From Thermodesulfobacteriota bacterium (GTDB taxonomy: Bacteria; Desulfobacterota; Desulfarculia; JACQYL01): DNA of 64,000 nucleotides. How positions within the stretch are numbered: position 1 is the stretch's first letter; the number at the start of each line of letters is the position of its first letter. Below are positions 28,648 through 38,498 of this stretch, piece after piece. The stretch covers positions 3,712,001 to 3,776,000 of the forward strand of contig CAXXLZ010000002.1 in assembly GCA_963675595.2 (NCBI GenBank), written 5' to 3'. Made by a program: the position numbers and the translations under genes. Under the pieces are notes generated by a model, which saw only the letters and a list, made by a program, of their open reading frames with translations, made no database searches and was not told where the DNA came from.

Positions 28648-29070
28648 ATGAGTTCATACCAAACCGTGAGCAAAGACATTGAATTGCGCCAACGTGACTT
28701 CGACGTCATGAGACATGTGAACAACTCCATATTGTTCACCTACTTCGAAGAGGGAAGGAAGGAATTCTTCTCCCAAGTCTTCGGGATTGTCGATCCGGTT
28801 CAGTATGATTTTATTTTGGCGCACATTCGATGTGATTTCGTACTGCCGATCTTGATCGACGACCCCATCCGACTGGAAATCTGGATGGGGAAGATCGGCA
28901 CCAAGAGTTTCAATTTCAAGTACCGGTTGAGGCATCGGACGGACGCTTCGATCGTCTATGCCGTGGCGGAGTCGGTGCAGGTTGCCTACGACTACGAAAA
29001 GAGTCGGACCAAGGAGGTCTCACAGGAATTCCGTGGGAGGGTGGCGGCATATCAAGAACAGGCCTCCTGA
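28648..29070 (+). CDS. Acyl-CoA thioesterase (4HBT/hot-dog fold)
   Basis: DFDVMRHVNNS...YFEEGR motif. Confidence 0.85.
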   Translation: MSSYQTVSKDIELRQRDFDVMRHVNNSILFTYFEEGRKEFFSQVFGIVDPVQYDFILAHIRCDFVLPILIDDPIRLEIWMGKIGTKSFNFKYRLRHRTDASIVYAVAESVQVAYDYEKSRTKEVSQEFRGRVAAYQEQAS

Positions 29071-29237
29071 CGTGCTTCCTCGGAGGGATGCGGGTCCTGT
29101 TGGTTGTCTCCCTCCGGGTCACACCGGGGCTGATTCGGCAGTGCACGCGGAACCCGGCCCGGACGTTGTTTGACCGTCCCCCATCGTCCCGTTCTCACTC
29201 TGTCGCCTCGTTTTCATACCAATTTCCGGAGTAGGGC

Positions 29238-29666
29238 ATGAACCTGTATGTCGTATCCATCCTGCTCACTATTTTGGCCAACGCTTCCTACCACATCTGC
29301 CAGAAATCCATTGCTCCCGGCGCCAATCCCCTTCTATCCATGGCGGCGACCTACACAACCGCCCTAGCGGCCACCCTCATCGCACTTCCGGTGTTTGGAG
29401 GGGATTCCGTGTCCGTGGAAGGATTTCGCGCGTTGAATTGGGCCAGTTTCGCCTTGGGGTTGGCGATTTTCCTTTTCGAGATCAGCTTCCTGCTGACCTA
29501 TCGCTCCGGTTGGAACCTGAGCATCGCGGGCCTCTATTCCAATGTGGCGGCGGGTATCCTGCTGGTCCCCATCGGACTGCTCTGCTTCAAAGAAACCCTT
29601 ACACCCAGGAATGTGTTGGGTATTGTCCTCGCATTGGCGGGTATTTATCTCATGAGCCGGGACTAG
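29238..29666 (+). CDS. Small EamA/DMT-family membrane protein
   Basis: About 5 TM segments; YRSGW and FKETL motifs. Confidence 0.75.
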   Translation: MNLYVVSILLTILANASYHICQKSIAPGANPLLSMAATYTTALAATLIALPVFGGDSVSVEGFRALNWASFALGLAIFLFEISFLLTYRSGWNLSIAGLYSNVAAGILLVPIGLLCFKETLTPRNVLGIVLALAGIYLMSRD

Positions 29667-29776
29667 CGTAGAACGGCATGAATTCATCATGCGAGGGATT
29701 GCCGTTTGAGACGGTCTCCCAGTCTCCAGGTTACACTGAAGAGCTGCCGAGATGGGGCGCCCGCCCGCCGCTGAGT

Positions 29777-31234
29777 CTATTCCGTATCTTCTGCGGTCGA
29801 CGAGACGATTTCGACATGAGACGGCGTCAACACCACCACGGGTTCCATGCTGCGGAGGGAACCGAAAACCGTGCGCCTGAAGCGCCCTCGTTTCAGGATG
29901 AGGTGAGCCGTTTCCAAAATGGGGTGGAGTCTTCCCGGGGCGTCGCTTTGATTCAGGAAGGGGATGCGTTCCGCATCCGGAGGGCTGCTTTTGAACAGGC
30001 CCTCGGGATGAGCGGCCAAGGCGGCCGTCGCGTCCGGGGTTACCATGGCGCCCATAGGAATTCCGGATAGACGCGCGAATCGCTCCGGAGCGAAAACCGT
30101 TTCGGCGTCCAGTGGACGGTAGAGGGCGGAGAGTCCCATCACTCCCACAACCAGGCTGGTTCCTTCGGGAACGACGGGCTCGTGTTCGCGGGGGGCTTTT
30201 AGGGACCGCCGCGCCGCGCCGTCGGCCTCGACGATGACATGGGCGTCCTCGGCTTCGCGAAAAAGTCGGCTGAAAGCGGCGGGATTCAACCCCGTGACCT
30301 TGCCCACGGGGAGCATTCGGTCGGCCAGTGTTACATGTCCGTATCGATGCAGGAGGTTCGATAGAAGACCCCTGGAGACGGCCTTACCCTCGAGCAGTTC
30401 AAGGTGCGGGGACTGTTCCGGTTCGGGGGGATAGATGCGCGTGGACGTGGTGGTAATCACCGGGCGGCCCGAATTCACCAACTCCCGGGCCAATGCGTAC
30501 ATGAGAGCGGTCTTTCCTCCCGCCCCTACCAAGGCGACTCGGCGGTGGTGTTGCAGTCCGAACGCTTCTATCAGGTTATCCTTGGGACCCAAAGGTTCCC
30601 ATGTAACGGTGCATCCGGCTTGCTCTTCAAGTCTACGAAGGTCTTCCACCGTGTCCAAATCCATTACGGGCGTTTCCGGGAGGAAAACCGGCTCGATCCA
30701 TTCCGGGTGATTCCGCAGGAGGGAACGCGCTCCTTCGTCGCCTCCGAGTTCGATCAGGCGAGGGATCAGAGTTGCGTCGAAAACCACGGGATGGCTTCTC
30801 CGGGTATGCTGATAGGCGGCGCATACGGGCTTCGATGTGGACCGGAAAGAGTCCAAAACCCGGTTTACGGTTCTTGAGTCCAGGAAAGGCTGGTCGCCCA
30901 GTATCACCATGATGCCGTCGGGACGTCTTTCTCGGACTGAGCGGGCGCCCAAACCCAGGGAACTCCCCATTCCTTCTTGGGGTGCCGGGTTTTGGATCAC
31001 GGTGAGTTTGCTCCGGGCAAGGAAGCGAGCGAGGCGACTGCGGATGTCGGCGGCATGGAACCCCAGCACGAGAAGAACGTGGTCCAGGTCCGAGTCGAGA
31101 GCCGCCTCCAGGGTTATTTGAAGCAAGGGTTTGCCGTTGATCTTCAGAAGCTGTTTGGGGAGGCTCAACCGGCTTCCGGAGCCGGCTGCGAGAATAATGC
31201 CCGCCACTCGAGTTCTTTCGATCATGGGACGCAC
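29777..31234 (-). CDS. yqeC: MocA-like nucleotidyltransferase fused to YqeC (Se-dependent molybdenum hydroxylase accessory protein)
   Basis: N-half ILAAGSGSR...KQLL, GDQP, GDEGAR and DLDT. C-half VGAGGKT, TTSTRI and VEADGAARRSLKAPREHEPVVP. Confidence 0.85.
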   Translation of the reverse strand: MRPMIERTRVAGIILAAGSGSRLSLPKQLLKINGKPLLQITLEAALDSDLDHVLLVLGFHAADIRSRLARFLARSKLTVIQNPAPQEGMGSSLGLGARSVRERRPDGIMVILGDQPFLDSRTVNRVLDSFRSTSKPVCAAYQHTRRSHPVVFDATLIPRLIELGGDEGARSLLRNHPEWIEPVFLPETPVMDLDTVEDLRRLEEQAGCTVTWEPLGPKDNLIEAFGLQHHRRVALVGAGGKTALMYALARELVNSGRPVITTTSTRIYPPEPEQSPHLELLEGKAVSRGLLSNLLHRYGHVTLADRMLPVGKVTGLNPAAFSRLFREAEDAHVIVEADGAARRSLKAPREHEPVVPEGTSLVVGVMGLSALYRPLDAETVFAPERFARLSGIPMGAMVTPDATAALAAHPEGLFKSSPPDAERIPFLNQSDAPGRLHPILETAHLILKRGRFRRTVFGSLRSMEPVVVLTPSHVEIVSSTAEDTE

Positions 31235-31836
31235 ACCACGAAAGGCTTGATTCGGTCGTATTGGGCGGAAGTGAGAATCTTGTCCTCTTTCAGCTGTTGG
31301 AGATTCCGAATCGGACGGTGCGTCCGGAGATATTCCCGTACCCTCCGAAGCCGAGCTTCGGACAAATAGGGGAGAGCCTCCAGCTCTTCATAGGAGCATC
31401 GGTTCAGGTCCAGAGGCATGCCGAGCAGTATTCGGTACCGCGTCTCCATCGTTCCCATGTGCAACTTGGAAACGCCTTCTTCGGAAACCGTGAGCTCGAC
31501 GCGGCTGCCGTGCGGAATCCGGCCGGGAATACCGTCCACGATCACCGGCCGAGTATCGCCGAATCCCGCCGCTTCCAGGAGGGCTTGAGGTGCCGGGGGG
31601 GCGTCGAAAAGGTAGACCCGGGGCTCTTGACGGGGCAAAGCCAATTCCACCGCCACCTTCGGGCCGGGTTCGATTCTTCCGCCGTCGTCGGTCGGCTGCG
31701 GCTGGAACCAGGGAGAAAAGCGATAGGCCAGGAGGAGGCAGGCCGTGAGGATTACGGGTGCACGGAGAGCGGTGTGCGAGCCGGTACGGGATTCCCGGTC
31801 GGTCGGTCTCTTGAAGATGGTGTTCAACATGAACAT
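31222..31836 (-). CDS. ComEA-like helix-hairpin-helix protein
   Basis: TM segment and C-terminal LDLNRCSYEELEALPYL HhH. Confidence 0.7.
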   Translation of the reverse strand: MFMLNTIFKRPTDRESRTGSHTALRAPVILTACLLLAYRFSPWFQPQPTDDGGRIEPGPKVAVELALPRQEPRVYLFDAPPAPQALLEAAGFGDTRPVIVDGIPGRIPHGSRVELTVSEEGVSKLHMGTMETRYRILLGMPLDLNRCSYEELEALPYLSEARLRRVREYLRTHRPIRNLQQLKEDKILTSAQYDRIKPFVVCVP

Positions 31837-32001
31837 GTATTATACTAATTTGTTTATATCTTGGGCATAGTATGTTGCCCCGCCTGCGAAAGGGACCCGC
31901 CGCCGTTCGTGAAACGGTGCTTGGTGAACCGGGCGCCCTGCCTGAAGCGCAGATCCGCAGGAATTCGAGGCGATATCCACTCTGAAGGGAGTATTGGGCC
32001 G

Positions 32002-32358
32002 ATGACGGACAGGGAAGCGATCTTGGGCTTGATGATGGGGGAACGGATTAAGGCCGCCCTGATCATGGGGAATAGTCTTGCACAGGGGGTTGAAGGATTG
32101 GCGGAAAGAGACCGGAAAGGCGCGGAAAGCCTTTTCGTCATGTATTTGAGGATGCTGCTGAATGAAGTGACGATTGCGTCCCGGGTTTCTCCGCAAGAGG
32201 AATGGGATGGAATGCTGAAGAGTATGGAGAAGGCCTTGGTCATGGCCGAATCCGGGGTCGCCTTCGAAGCCCCGCATCACTTGACGGACGCTCTGACGAA
32301 AGCGACCACGGTCGCCGGCCGTACGATGAAATACTTGCAGGACAGGGAGTTGCTCTGA
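32002..32358 (+). CDS. Hypothetical helical protein
   Basis: 118-aa ORF with GGGAG RBS and host-like codon usage. Confidence 0.6.
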   Translation: MTDREAILGLMMGERIKAALIMGNSLAQGVEGLAERDRKGAESLFVMYLRMLLNEVTIASRVSPQEEWDGMLKSMEKALVMAESGVAFEAPHHLTDALTKATTVAGRTMKYLQDRELL

Positions 32359-32736
32359 TCAGGGGAAAAGCCGACGATGCGCGGGGTCCGACGACGGCCG
32401 GGAGGCCGGGATCGATTAGGCTACGGTCTTTGAAACGGTCCTATGACACGAATCGCAGAAAAAGTAATTAGGTCCCTCGATGATCTGACCGCATTTCCTG
32501 CAGGTCCGTTTCTTACTGTTTAAATTGGCTTTCATACGGTTCTCTTTCCGTATGGATTTGACCGACTTTCTTCTACTCATGGTGCCGTCTCTCTGTCGCG
32601 ATTTAGGTCGCCGGGAATGAGTACTTCTGTTTCTGGCATTATATTTGAATCATCTGAAAAGTCAATAAAGTATGGACAGGAATCCTGATTCGGCCATATT
32701 TTTCGAGTCCGAGCGGATTCATCGGCTGCAGAAAGG

Positions 32737-34218
32737 ATGTCGGTCCTGACCATGGAAGGCCTGTGGACTCAAATTCGAGCGCTGGTTCCGGATTTGGAGC
32801 GTCTACGCATGTTGGTGGAGTCGGTAAACGGTTCCGCATACCTGGTGGGCGGCGCATTGAGGGATTTGTTGGACGGCAGGGAACCAACGGATTTCGACGT
32901 GGCCGGCTCCGTGGCGGAGCCCGAACTGGTTCGACGATTCGCGGGTGAACTCCATGCATCGTGGTTTCGGCTGGACAATCGTCAAGCGCTCTATCGGGTG
33001 GTTCGGAAAATGCCCGGTGGAGGCGTTATCTCCTTCGATTTTACGGCGCTCAAAGGGCCGACCATCGATCGAGACTTGGCCTTGCGGGATTTTACGGTCA
33101 ATGCAATGGCTCTGAACCTTCGCCGGCCCGATCAAGGACTTATCGATCCTCTCGGCGGTGCGGAAGATATCAAACACCGAAGGCTTCGGCTTGCGGGACC
33201 CGATGCAATCCGAGACGATCCGCTACGGCTGTTGAGGGCCTACCGATTCGCCGCCCAGTTAGGACTCGATATTTCCGCCACCCTCCAGGGTGTGTTGCAC
33301 AACGTTGCAGGCTTGAAACGGGTTTCCGGGGAACGAATCCGTGACGAACTGTTTGGACTCCTGCAGGTTTCCCGGTCCTCGGCCATGATCAGACGAATGG
33401 CTCAAGACGGAGCTTTTTTCGAGGTATTTCCGCCTGCGGCCGACATGGTCGGGGTCACGCAGAATGAATATCACCACCTGGACGTGTGGCATCACTCGCT
33501 TCTCACATTGGAGTTGATCGAGGATCGGATAGTGACGTGTCGGGACGTTCCGGATGAGGCCGAATCGTCGGTGAGAGACTCTTTGAACGAAGAGCCGGTG
33601 CCGGGAAGACCTCTGAAAGCATGGCTTAAACTGGCCGCTTTGTTCCATGATTTGGGCAAACCTCGGGCCAGGTTCATAGACGAAAACGGGCGGGTGCGAT
33701 TTTTTCGCCATGAAGCCTACGGGGCGGAGATGGTTCCGGGGGTTCTCGAACGGTTGGCGCCGTCCCGAAAAGAGGTGGATTGGGTTCAGCTTGCGGTGCG
33801 AAATCATATGAGGCTGGGGCAGTTGTTCACTGCGCCCCGCGTCACCCCGAGAGCCATGTCGCGTCTAGTGCAAAGGGCCGGCAACCGGTTTCATGCCTGG
33901 TTTCTCCTTTTTCTGGCGGACTACGGTGCGACTCTGGGGCCGGCTTCCTCGGGTGGAGACTTGTCTCCGTTCGCTCCTCGCATACGTGAGCTGTTTCGGC
34001 TCAACCGAGAGAAGTCCGCGGCCGAGGAGCGACCTCGCCTGATCACCGGTCGGGATATCCTGTCCGTTTTCAACGTTCCGCCCGGGCCTGTTTATGGTAA
34101 GATATTAAAAGGAGTGGCGCTGGGGGTTCTCGAGGGGAGAATCACGACCCGGCGGGAGGCATTGGAAGAGGCCGGAGCCTTTCTCGAAAAAACTGAAAAG
34201 AGACGTGACCCGGACTGA
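32737..34218 (+). CDS. Class II tRNA nucleotidyltransferase with HD domain, probably CC-adding
   Basis: VGGALRD..DFD, RDFTVNAMA, DDPLRLLR, SGERIRDE and FHDLGK motifs; the flexible loop before RDFT is absent. Confidence 0.88.
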   Translation: MSVLTMEGLWTQIRALVPDLERLRMLVESVNGSAYLVGGALRDLLDGREPTDFDVAGSVAEPELVRRFAGELHASWFRLDNRQALYRVVRKMPGGGVISFDFTALKGPTIDRDLALRDFTVNAMALNLRRPDQGLIDPLGGAEDIKHRRLRLAGPDAIRDDPLRLLRAYRFAAQLGLDISATLQGVLHNVAGLKRVSGERIRDELFGLLQVSRSSAMIRRMAQDGAFFEVFPPAADMVGVTQNEYHHLDVWHHSLLTLELIEDRIVTCRDVPDEAESSVRDSLNEEPVPGRPLKAWLKLAALFHDLGKPRARFIDENGRVRFFRHEAYGAEMVPGVLERLAPSRKEVDWVQLAVRNHMRLGQLFTAPRVTPRAMSRLVQRAGNRFHAWFLLFLADYGATLGPASSGGDLSPFAPRIRELFRLNREKSAAEERPRLITGRDILSVFNVPPGPVYGKILKGVALGVLEGRITTRREALEEAGAFLEKTEKRRDPD

Positions 34219-34225
34219 TATCGCC

Positions 34226-34840
34226 ATGGCAGACGTTATTCATATTCGCAGGGGTGTTGCTCCGGAGAGCAATCTCATCGTTCAGAAACCATTGGAAATG
34301 CGTTGGATCGACTGGGAGAGCGGTTCTCCGATCCAGGTATCGAGGAGGGAATCCGAACGTTTCGAGCGGGAGCGAGAACGGTCGCTTCGTGAAGATGGTT
34401 CGATCCCGCCCGGGATACCCAATCATTACTCACTGAAGAATGGGCCGGAAATTACGTTGTGGGCGTTGTACTGCCGGAGAAACGATCCCGACGCCATGAG
34501 AGAAGTGTACTATCTTGCCGGTCTGATGGAGTGCATGACTCACGTTCCGCATCCGGTGTTGCGTACGGTGATGGTTCGAGGGTTCTATCGAACGCTGCAG
34601 GAGCTTCAGGAACGGCTGGGAGTCTTCTGGCGAGGGCGGATCCACCACTTCTTGTTCCCCACCGCAGCCGAACACGGCACGTCCGGGGACTTCGTCCGGA
34701 GCCTCCAAAGTGCGGAGACACTGCGTGACCTGTTCGTAGCCATTCGAGAGGAAACGGAGGACCAATTCCTTGTTCTGGGCAGTGAGTACGTATTTTATCT
34801 GCCACGCATCACCCACTGCTGCGGACCGGGATGCTGCTGA
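34226..34840 (+). CDS. Hypothetical protein
   Basis: ~204-aa ORF directly after the nucleotidyltransferase, ending CCGPGCC. Confidence 0.6.
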   Translation: MADVIHIRRGVAPESNLIVQKPLEMRWIDWESGSPIQVSRRESERFERERERSLREDGSIPPGIPNHYSLKNGPEITLWALYCRRNDPDAMREVYYLAGLMECMTHVPHPVLRTVMVRGFYRTLQELQERLGVFWRGRIHHFLFPTAAEHGTSGDFVRSLQSAETLRDLFVAIREETEDQFLVLGSEYVFYLPRITHCCGPGCC

Positions 34841-34879
34841 ACGGCCGTTCTTTTGGAGAAGTCATGGTACAAAGGCGAA

Positions 34880-34910
34880 GGGCGGGAATTTTTGAGCAAT
34901 TCCCGCCCCG
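34880..34910. terminator. Terminator-like hairpin between convergent genes
   Basis: GGGCGGGAATT...AATTCCCGCCC stem. Confidence 0.65.
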
Positions 34911-35021
34911 TTTCTTGAATACTCTTCGGTCGAGCGACCGTGGGACGCAGCGCGGTTCCTGAAAGGCTCAAGGCCCCCGCTATGCGGGTTCCCCGAAATC
35001 GTCGCTTAGGGGCCGTACCTC

Positions 35022-36005
35022 CTAAATCAGCACTTCGATATCGGCCTGTTGGCGGAGTTTGGAAAAGAACTCCTTCTTTTTTTCCGAGCGCATTTCCTGC
35101 TCAATCTTTCGCAGAATGGATTTTTTCACCCACTCGAAGTCGAGTTTTCGAGGATCCCGCTTTTCCGTCACTTTGATCAAGTGATATCCAAACGGGGTTT
35201 CCACGATCCCGCTTACCTCGCCTTCAGCCAAGGAGAACGCGACCTTATCGAATGCAGGGTCCATGCTTCCGGGCAGAATCCAGCCCAAGTCCCCGCCCCT
35301 CTTGGCTCCGGGACCTTCGGAATATTCGTCGGCCAACTTGGCGAAATCCTCTCCGGACCGAAGTTTCTTCAAGATTTCGGCGGCCTTGTCGTGTGCTTCT
35401 TTGCGTTGAGCTTCGTCGGCATCGGCTTTGACGCGGATGAGTATGTGGCTGACCCGCACGGCCTCCTGCTGAACGAATTCCTGGGGATGCTCATTGTAAT
35501 AGGCCTGAGCTTCTTGCTCGGCCTTGGCTTCATCCACTACCAACTTCCGATCCAGAAGCTTCTGTATTCGTTTCCCTCGACGAATGATGTCTTTCAGCTC
35601 TTCCAGCGTCCGCCCACTGGTTTGGAGCGCCTGTATGAACTTGGCATCCCCACCGTAACGCTGTTTGAACTGCTTGATGGTTTCCTCCACCTCTTTGTCG
35701 GAAACGGTAATTCCGTCGGCGTCGGCTATTTCCTCCAGGAGCAGTTCGTCGATCATCGTATCCAGGATCTTTTTCTTGAGCGTTTCCTGTTCTTCCGGCA
35801 GGACTTCCTGGTCGATGCTGCGGTTGCGCTCAATGGCCAGCTTGAGATTCTTATTCAAATCGTCCATGAGGATGGGTTTCCCATTCACCTTGGCCGCTAT
35901 GGCGTCGCCGTCGGCGGGAACGGAGTCCGCGCTTCGGCTCACGGAGAAAGACGCGAGGCAGAAGACAAGGCAAAGAGAAATGGTGAAGGTTCTGCTGAGG
36001 TTCAT
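35022..36005 (-). CDS. PpiC/SurA-type peptidyl-prolyl isomerase, exported
   Basis: Signal peptide, AKVNG, SHILI, GGDLGW and ETPFGYHLIKV motifs; AAGGAG RBS. Confidence 0.92.
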   Translation of the reverse strand: MNLSRTFTISLCLVFCLASFSVSRSADSVPADGDAIAAKVNGKPILMDDLNKNLKLAIERNRSIDQEVLPEEQETLKKKILDTMIDELLLEEIADADGITVSDKEVEETIKQFKQRYGGDAKFIQALQTSGRTLEELKDIIRRGKRIQKLLDRKLVVDEAKAEQEAQAYYNEHPQEFVQQEAVRVSHILIRVKADADEAQRKEAHDKAAEILKKLRSGEDFAKLADEYSEGPGAKRGGDLGWILPGSMDPAFDKVAFSLAEGEVSGIVETPFGYHLIKVTEKRDPRKLDFEWVKKSILRKIEQEMRSEKKKEFFSKLRQQADIEVLI

Positions 36006-36305
36006 AACCACTCCTTTTGACGCGATATTGAGCGTGGATCGGGAAAGGTATTTTGTCGTGAGTACCGAACGTGTTTCCTGGTGTCCGGCGGCACCCCGAC
36101 GGTGCGCCGCACTTTCTACGATCTCCGATCCGCCCTGAGGGGAACCCTCCGTATTCAAATCTCCATTCTTTCACGCCGGCCCGCTTTTCGGCAAGCACAG
36201 TTTTCGTTTTCTTCACACGGAACCGGAGTTTTTGGGGATTCCCATCCCGGACTCTTACCCATTCGTGCATGGAAGCCCGATCAGCCTATCGCCGGCCACA
36301 CCTGT

Positions 36306-37172
36306 TCAACGGCCCTGTCCTCCTCTGCCTTGCCCACCTCTTCCTCTGAGGGAAGAATCTGAAGCACCGAAACCGGAACGGGGACCTCCAAATCCCGCCT
36401 TCCCGCGTATTTCCGTCAGCAGATCGGAAAGAGGGCGGCCTCGCTTCAACTGACTTTCCATCGCGCCTGTAATTTCCGCCGCCGAGTAACCCAGCTTGTG
36501 GGCTCGCGCTGCAATCTCTACGAAGCTCCCGGATTCGGACCGCAAATATCCCGATTGGATCCCGGCCGTAACCAGTTTGACTCCCAGTTCCTGAGGGAAG
36601 CCCAACTCCGTCAGGTCGGCGAGGGCTTGGCTCGCATGCACCATGGTTCCGGGGGAACGACTGTCCAGAGAGGCGATCTCTTTCATGATTTCAGGGCGGA
36701 CCCCACGCTCGAGGGACAGGGCCGTGGCTTCGAGAGTCTTGCGATCTGCGGTCTTCCCGAGGATTTCAGCGGCGGAACCATAGGTGGCAAGCTTGCGATC
36801 CAGAACCGATTCGATCAGAGGAGCCGGAGCGCCTTTGGCTATTCCTTCCAACGCCTTGTCCACGAATGATTCGGAAGGAAAATTTTCCTTCTTCGCCCGA
36901 ATGATCGGATGCAGGAGACGGGCGACGTCGTCCGCGGTGAGCGCGGCGCCCGACGCCCTCGACAACAGGTTCATCACTTGTTCCGGGGGGATTCCCGCGT
37001 TCTCCGCGCTGCGCAATTCTTGATGAATCTCCTGGGCGTTGGGACCATAGGCGGATAAGGCCGTTTGTTTCACCGACGCCCAAGGGTCGGACGCCCGAGC
37101 ATAGGATCCTGCCGGAAAGAGCATCAGGAGCGCTAAGCACAAGCGGAGCAGCAGACTAAGAAAGGGCTTCAT
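36306..37172 (-). CDS. Exported helical hypothetical protein of the CBM48-ECF operon
   Basis: Signal peptide, DKALEGIAKG and Gly/Arg-rich tail; overlaps the anti-sigma gene. Confidence 0.7.
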   Translation of the reverse strand: MKPFLSLLLRLCLALLMLFPAGSYARASDPWASVKQTALSAYGPNAQEIHQELRSAENAGIPPEQVMNLLSRASGAALTADDVARLLHPIIRAKKENFPSESFVDKALEGIAKGAPAPLIESVLDRKLATYGSAAEILGKTADRKTLEATALSLERGVRPEIMKEIASLDSRSPGTMVHASQALADLTELGFPQELGVKLVTAGIQSGYLRSESGSFVEIAARAHKLGYSAAEITGAMESQLKRGRPLSDLLTEIRGKAGFGGPRSGFGASDSSLRGRGGQGRGGQGR

Positions 37173-37845
37173 GTGAGTTCCCCAATCTCAGGACGGCGTT
37201 CTTCCTGCCGAAACCGTCGTCTTTGTAATAGGCCGCTCGGTCGTCGGACTTCCAGTGCCCATCCACATAAAACATGTACTCGTAAACATCGGGTTTCAGC
37301 GGAACCGTTGCAGTCCAGACGCCGTTGCCGGAAACGTCCGCCAGGGGAATTTCTTCCGGTTTCCATTGGTTGAATGTCCCGGCGATGTATACGGCTGCCG
37401 CACCCGGATCCCTGTAGGTAAATTGGACGAGGTATTCTTTGGCGGGTTTCGATGCCGGAACACCCCCGAAAGGTACCCGTTGCAGGGCCGGACCCGCCAC
37501 CAGCAGCAGGACCATGGCGATGCACGCGCCGGCGAAAGCCTGAGCCAAATTCACACGGATGGTGCGGGGTCGGGTCAGGGCGATCCATAACCTGACCGGC
37601 AAGGAGCGTTGAACCTCCCTGACTCGGGTCATGACGTGGGAGGTGAATTCCTCGGGTGGTTCCAGGTCATCCAAACTTCGGAACATTTCACCCAGAGACG
37701 CCAGTGCCGGGTCTTCGTCCACGTCGTGATCCGGCGTCCGCCCTCCATGGGCGGGGACGATCCCGTCGCCGCGGTCCAACGTTTCCTCGGATCGCAACGT
37801 TGAAATAGTTCCGGAAGGGTCGCGGTTCGTTTTTTCCGAACTCAT
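37156..37845 (-). CDS. Putative anti-sigma factor with extracytoplasmic CBM48 (glycogen-binding, AMPK-beta-like) domain
   Basis: EPPEEFTSHVMTRV, one TM segment, then VYIAGTFNQW...GVW...YEYMFYVDGHW..D...DDGFGRKNAVL; ATGA overlap with the sigma gene. Confidence 0.8.
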   Translation of the reverse strand: MSSEKTNRDPSGTISTLRSEETLDRGDGIVPAHGGRTPDHDVDEDPALASLGEMFRSLDDLEPPEEFTSHVMTRVREVQRSLPVRLWIALTRPRTIRVNLAQAFAGACIAMVLLLVAGPALQRVPFGGVPASKPAKEYLVQFTYRDPGAAAVYIAGTFNQWKPEEIPLADVSGNGVWTATVPLKPDVYEYMFYVDGHWKSDDRAAYYKDDGFGRKNAVLRLGNSHEALS

Positions 37846-38399
37846 GGCTTTCCTCCTAATTCGGCGATGGCCTCTCGGGCTTTCTCCAGGCCGCGATAAA
37901 CTCTCATCTTTGCCGCGCTGAGGCTGATCCCCAATACCTGCGTGATTTCTTCAAAACTGAGTTCCTGCAGATATCTGAGAATCACCGCTTCCCGCAAATC
38001 CAGCGGCAGACGTTGGAGGGCTTTTTCAAGGTTCGCCGTCACCTGCTTTTTCCCCACCAGTTCATCGGCGGGGGGAAACGCTGAACGTACCTGCCGTTCC
38101 AGAGTTTCGGTCTGATCCAGCAAGGTTTCTCTCTTCTTTTCAAGATGGTTTCGAGTCAAATTCAGACAGATGGTATAAAGCCAAGTGAAGAAACTCCGTT
38201 TGAGATCGAATCGGTGAAGGTTGGCGTACGCTCTAACGAAAGCTTCCTGTGACAAGTCCAGAGCGTCTTCCCGGTTCGATGTCATACGGTAGGCGAGGTT
38301 GTACAAAGGTTTCTTGTAACGATGGACGAGACTTCCGAACGCTTCCTTGTCCCCCGCCAGAACGTCCTCAACGATCAGCGCGTCGCGTGTCGGGTTCAT
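37842..38399 (-). CDS. ECF sigma-70 factor
   Basis: DLSQEAF, FFTWLYTICLN and LSFEEITQVLGISLSAAKMRVYRG motifs. Confidence 0.93.
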   Translation of the reverse strand: MNPTRDALIVEDVLAGDKEAFGSLVHRYKKPLYNLAYRMTSNREDALDLSQEAFVRAYANLHRFDLKRSFFTWLYTICLNLTRNHLEKKRETLLDQTETLERQVRSAFPPADELVGKKQVTANLEKALQRLPLDLREAVILRYLQELSFEEITQVLGISLSAAKMRVYRGLEKAREAIAELGGKP

Positions 38400-38498
38400 C
38401 CGAATGTCACCGAAAACGGGTGGCTCGGAACGGGGCCGTTGTCGGCCGTTCCGCGTCCGCCGTTCATCCTTTTGGTTTTCGGGCCTTTCATAAGGTTA

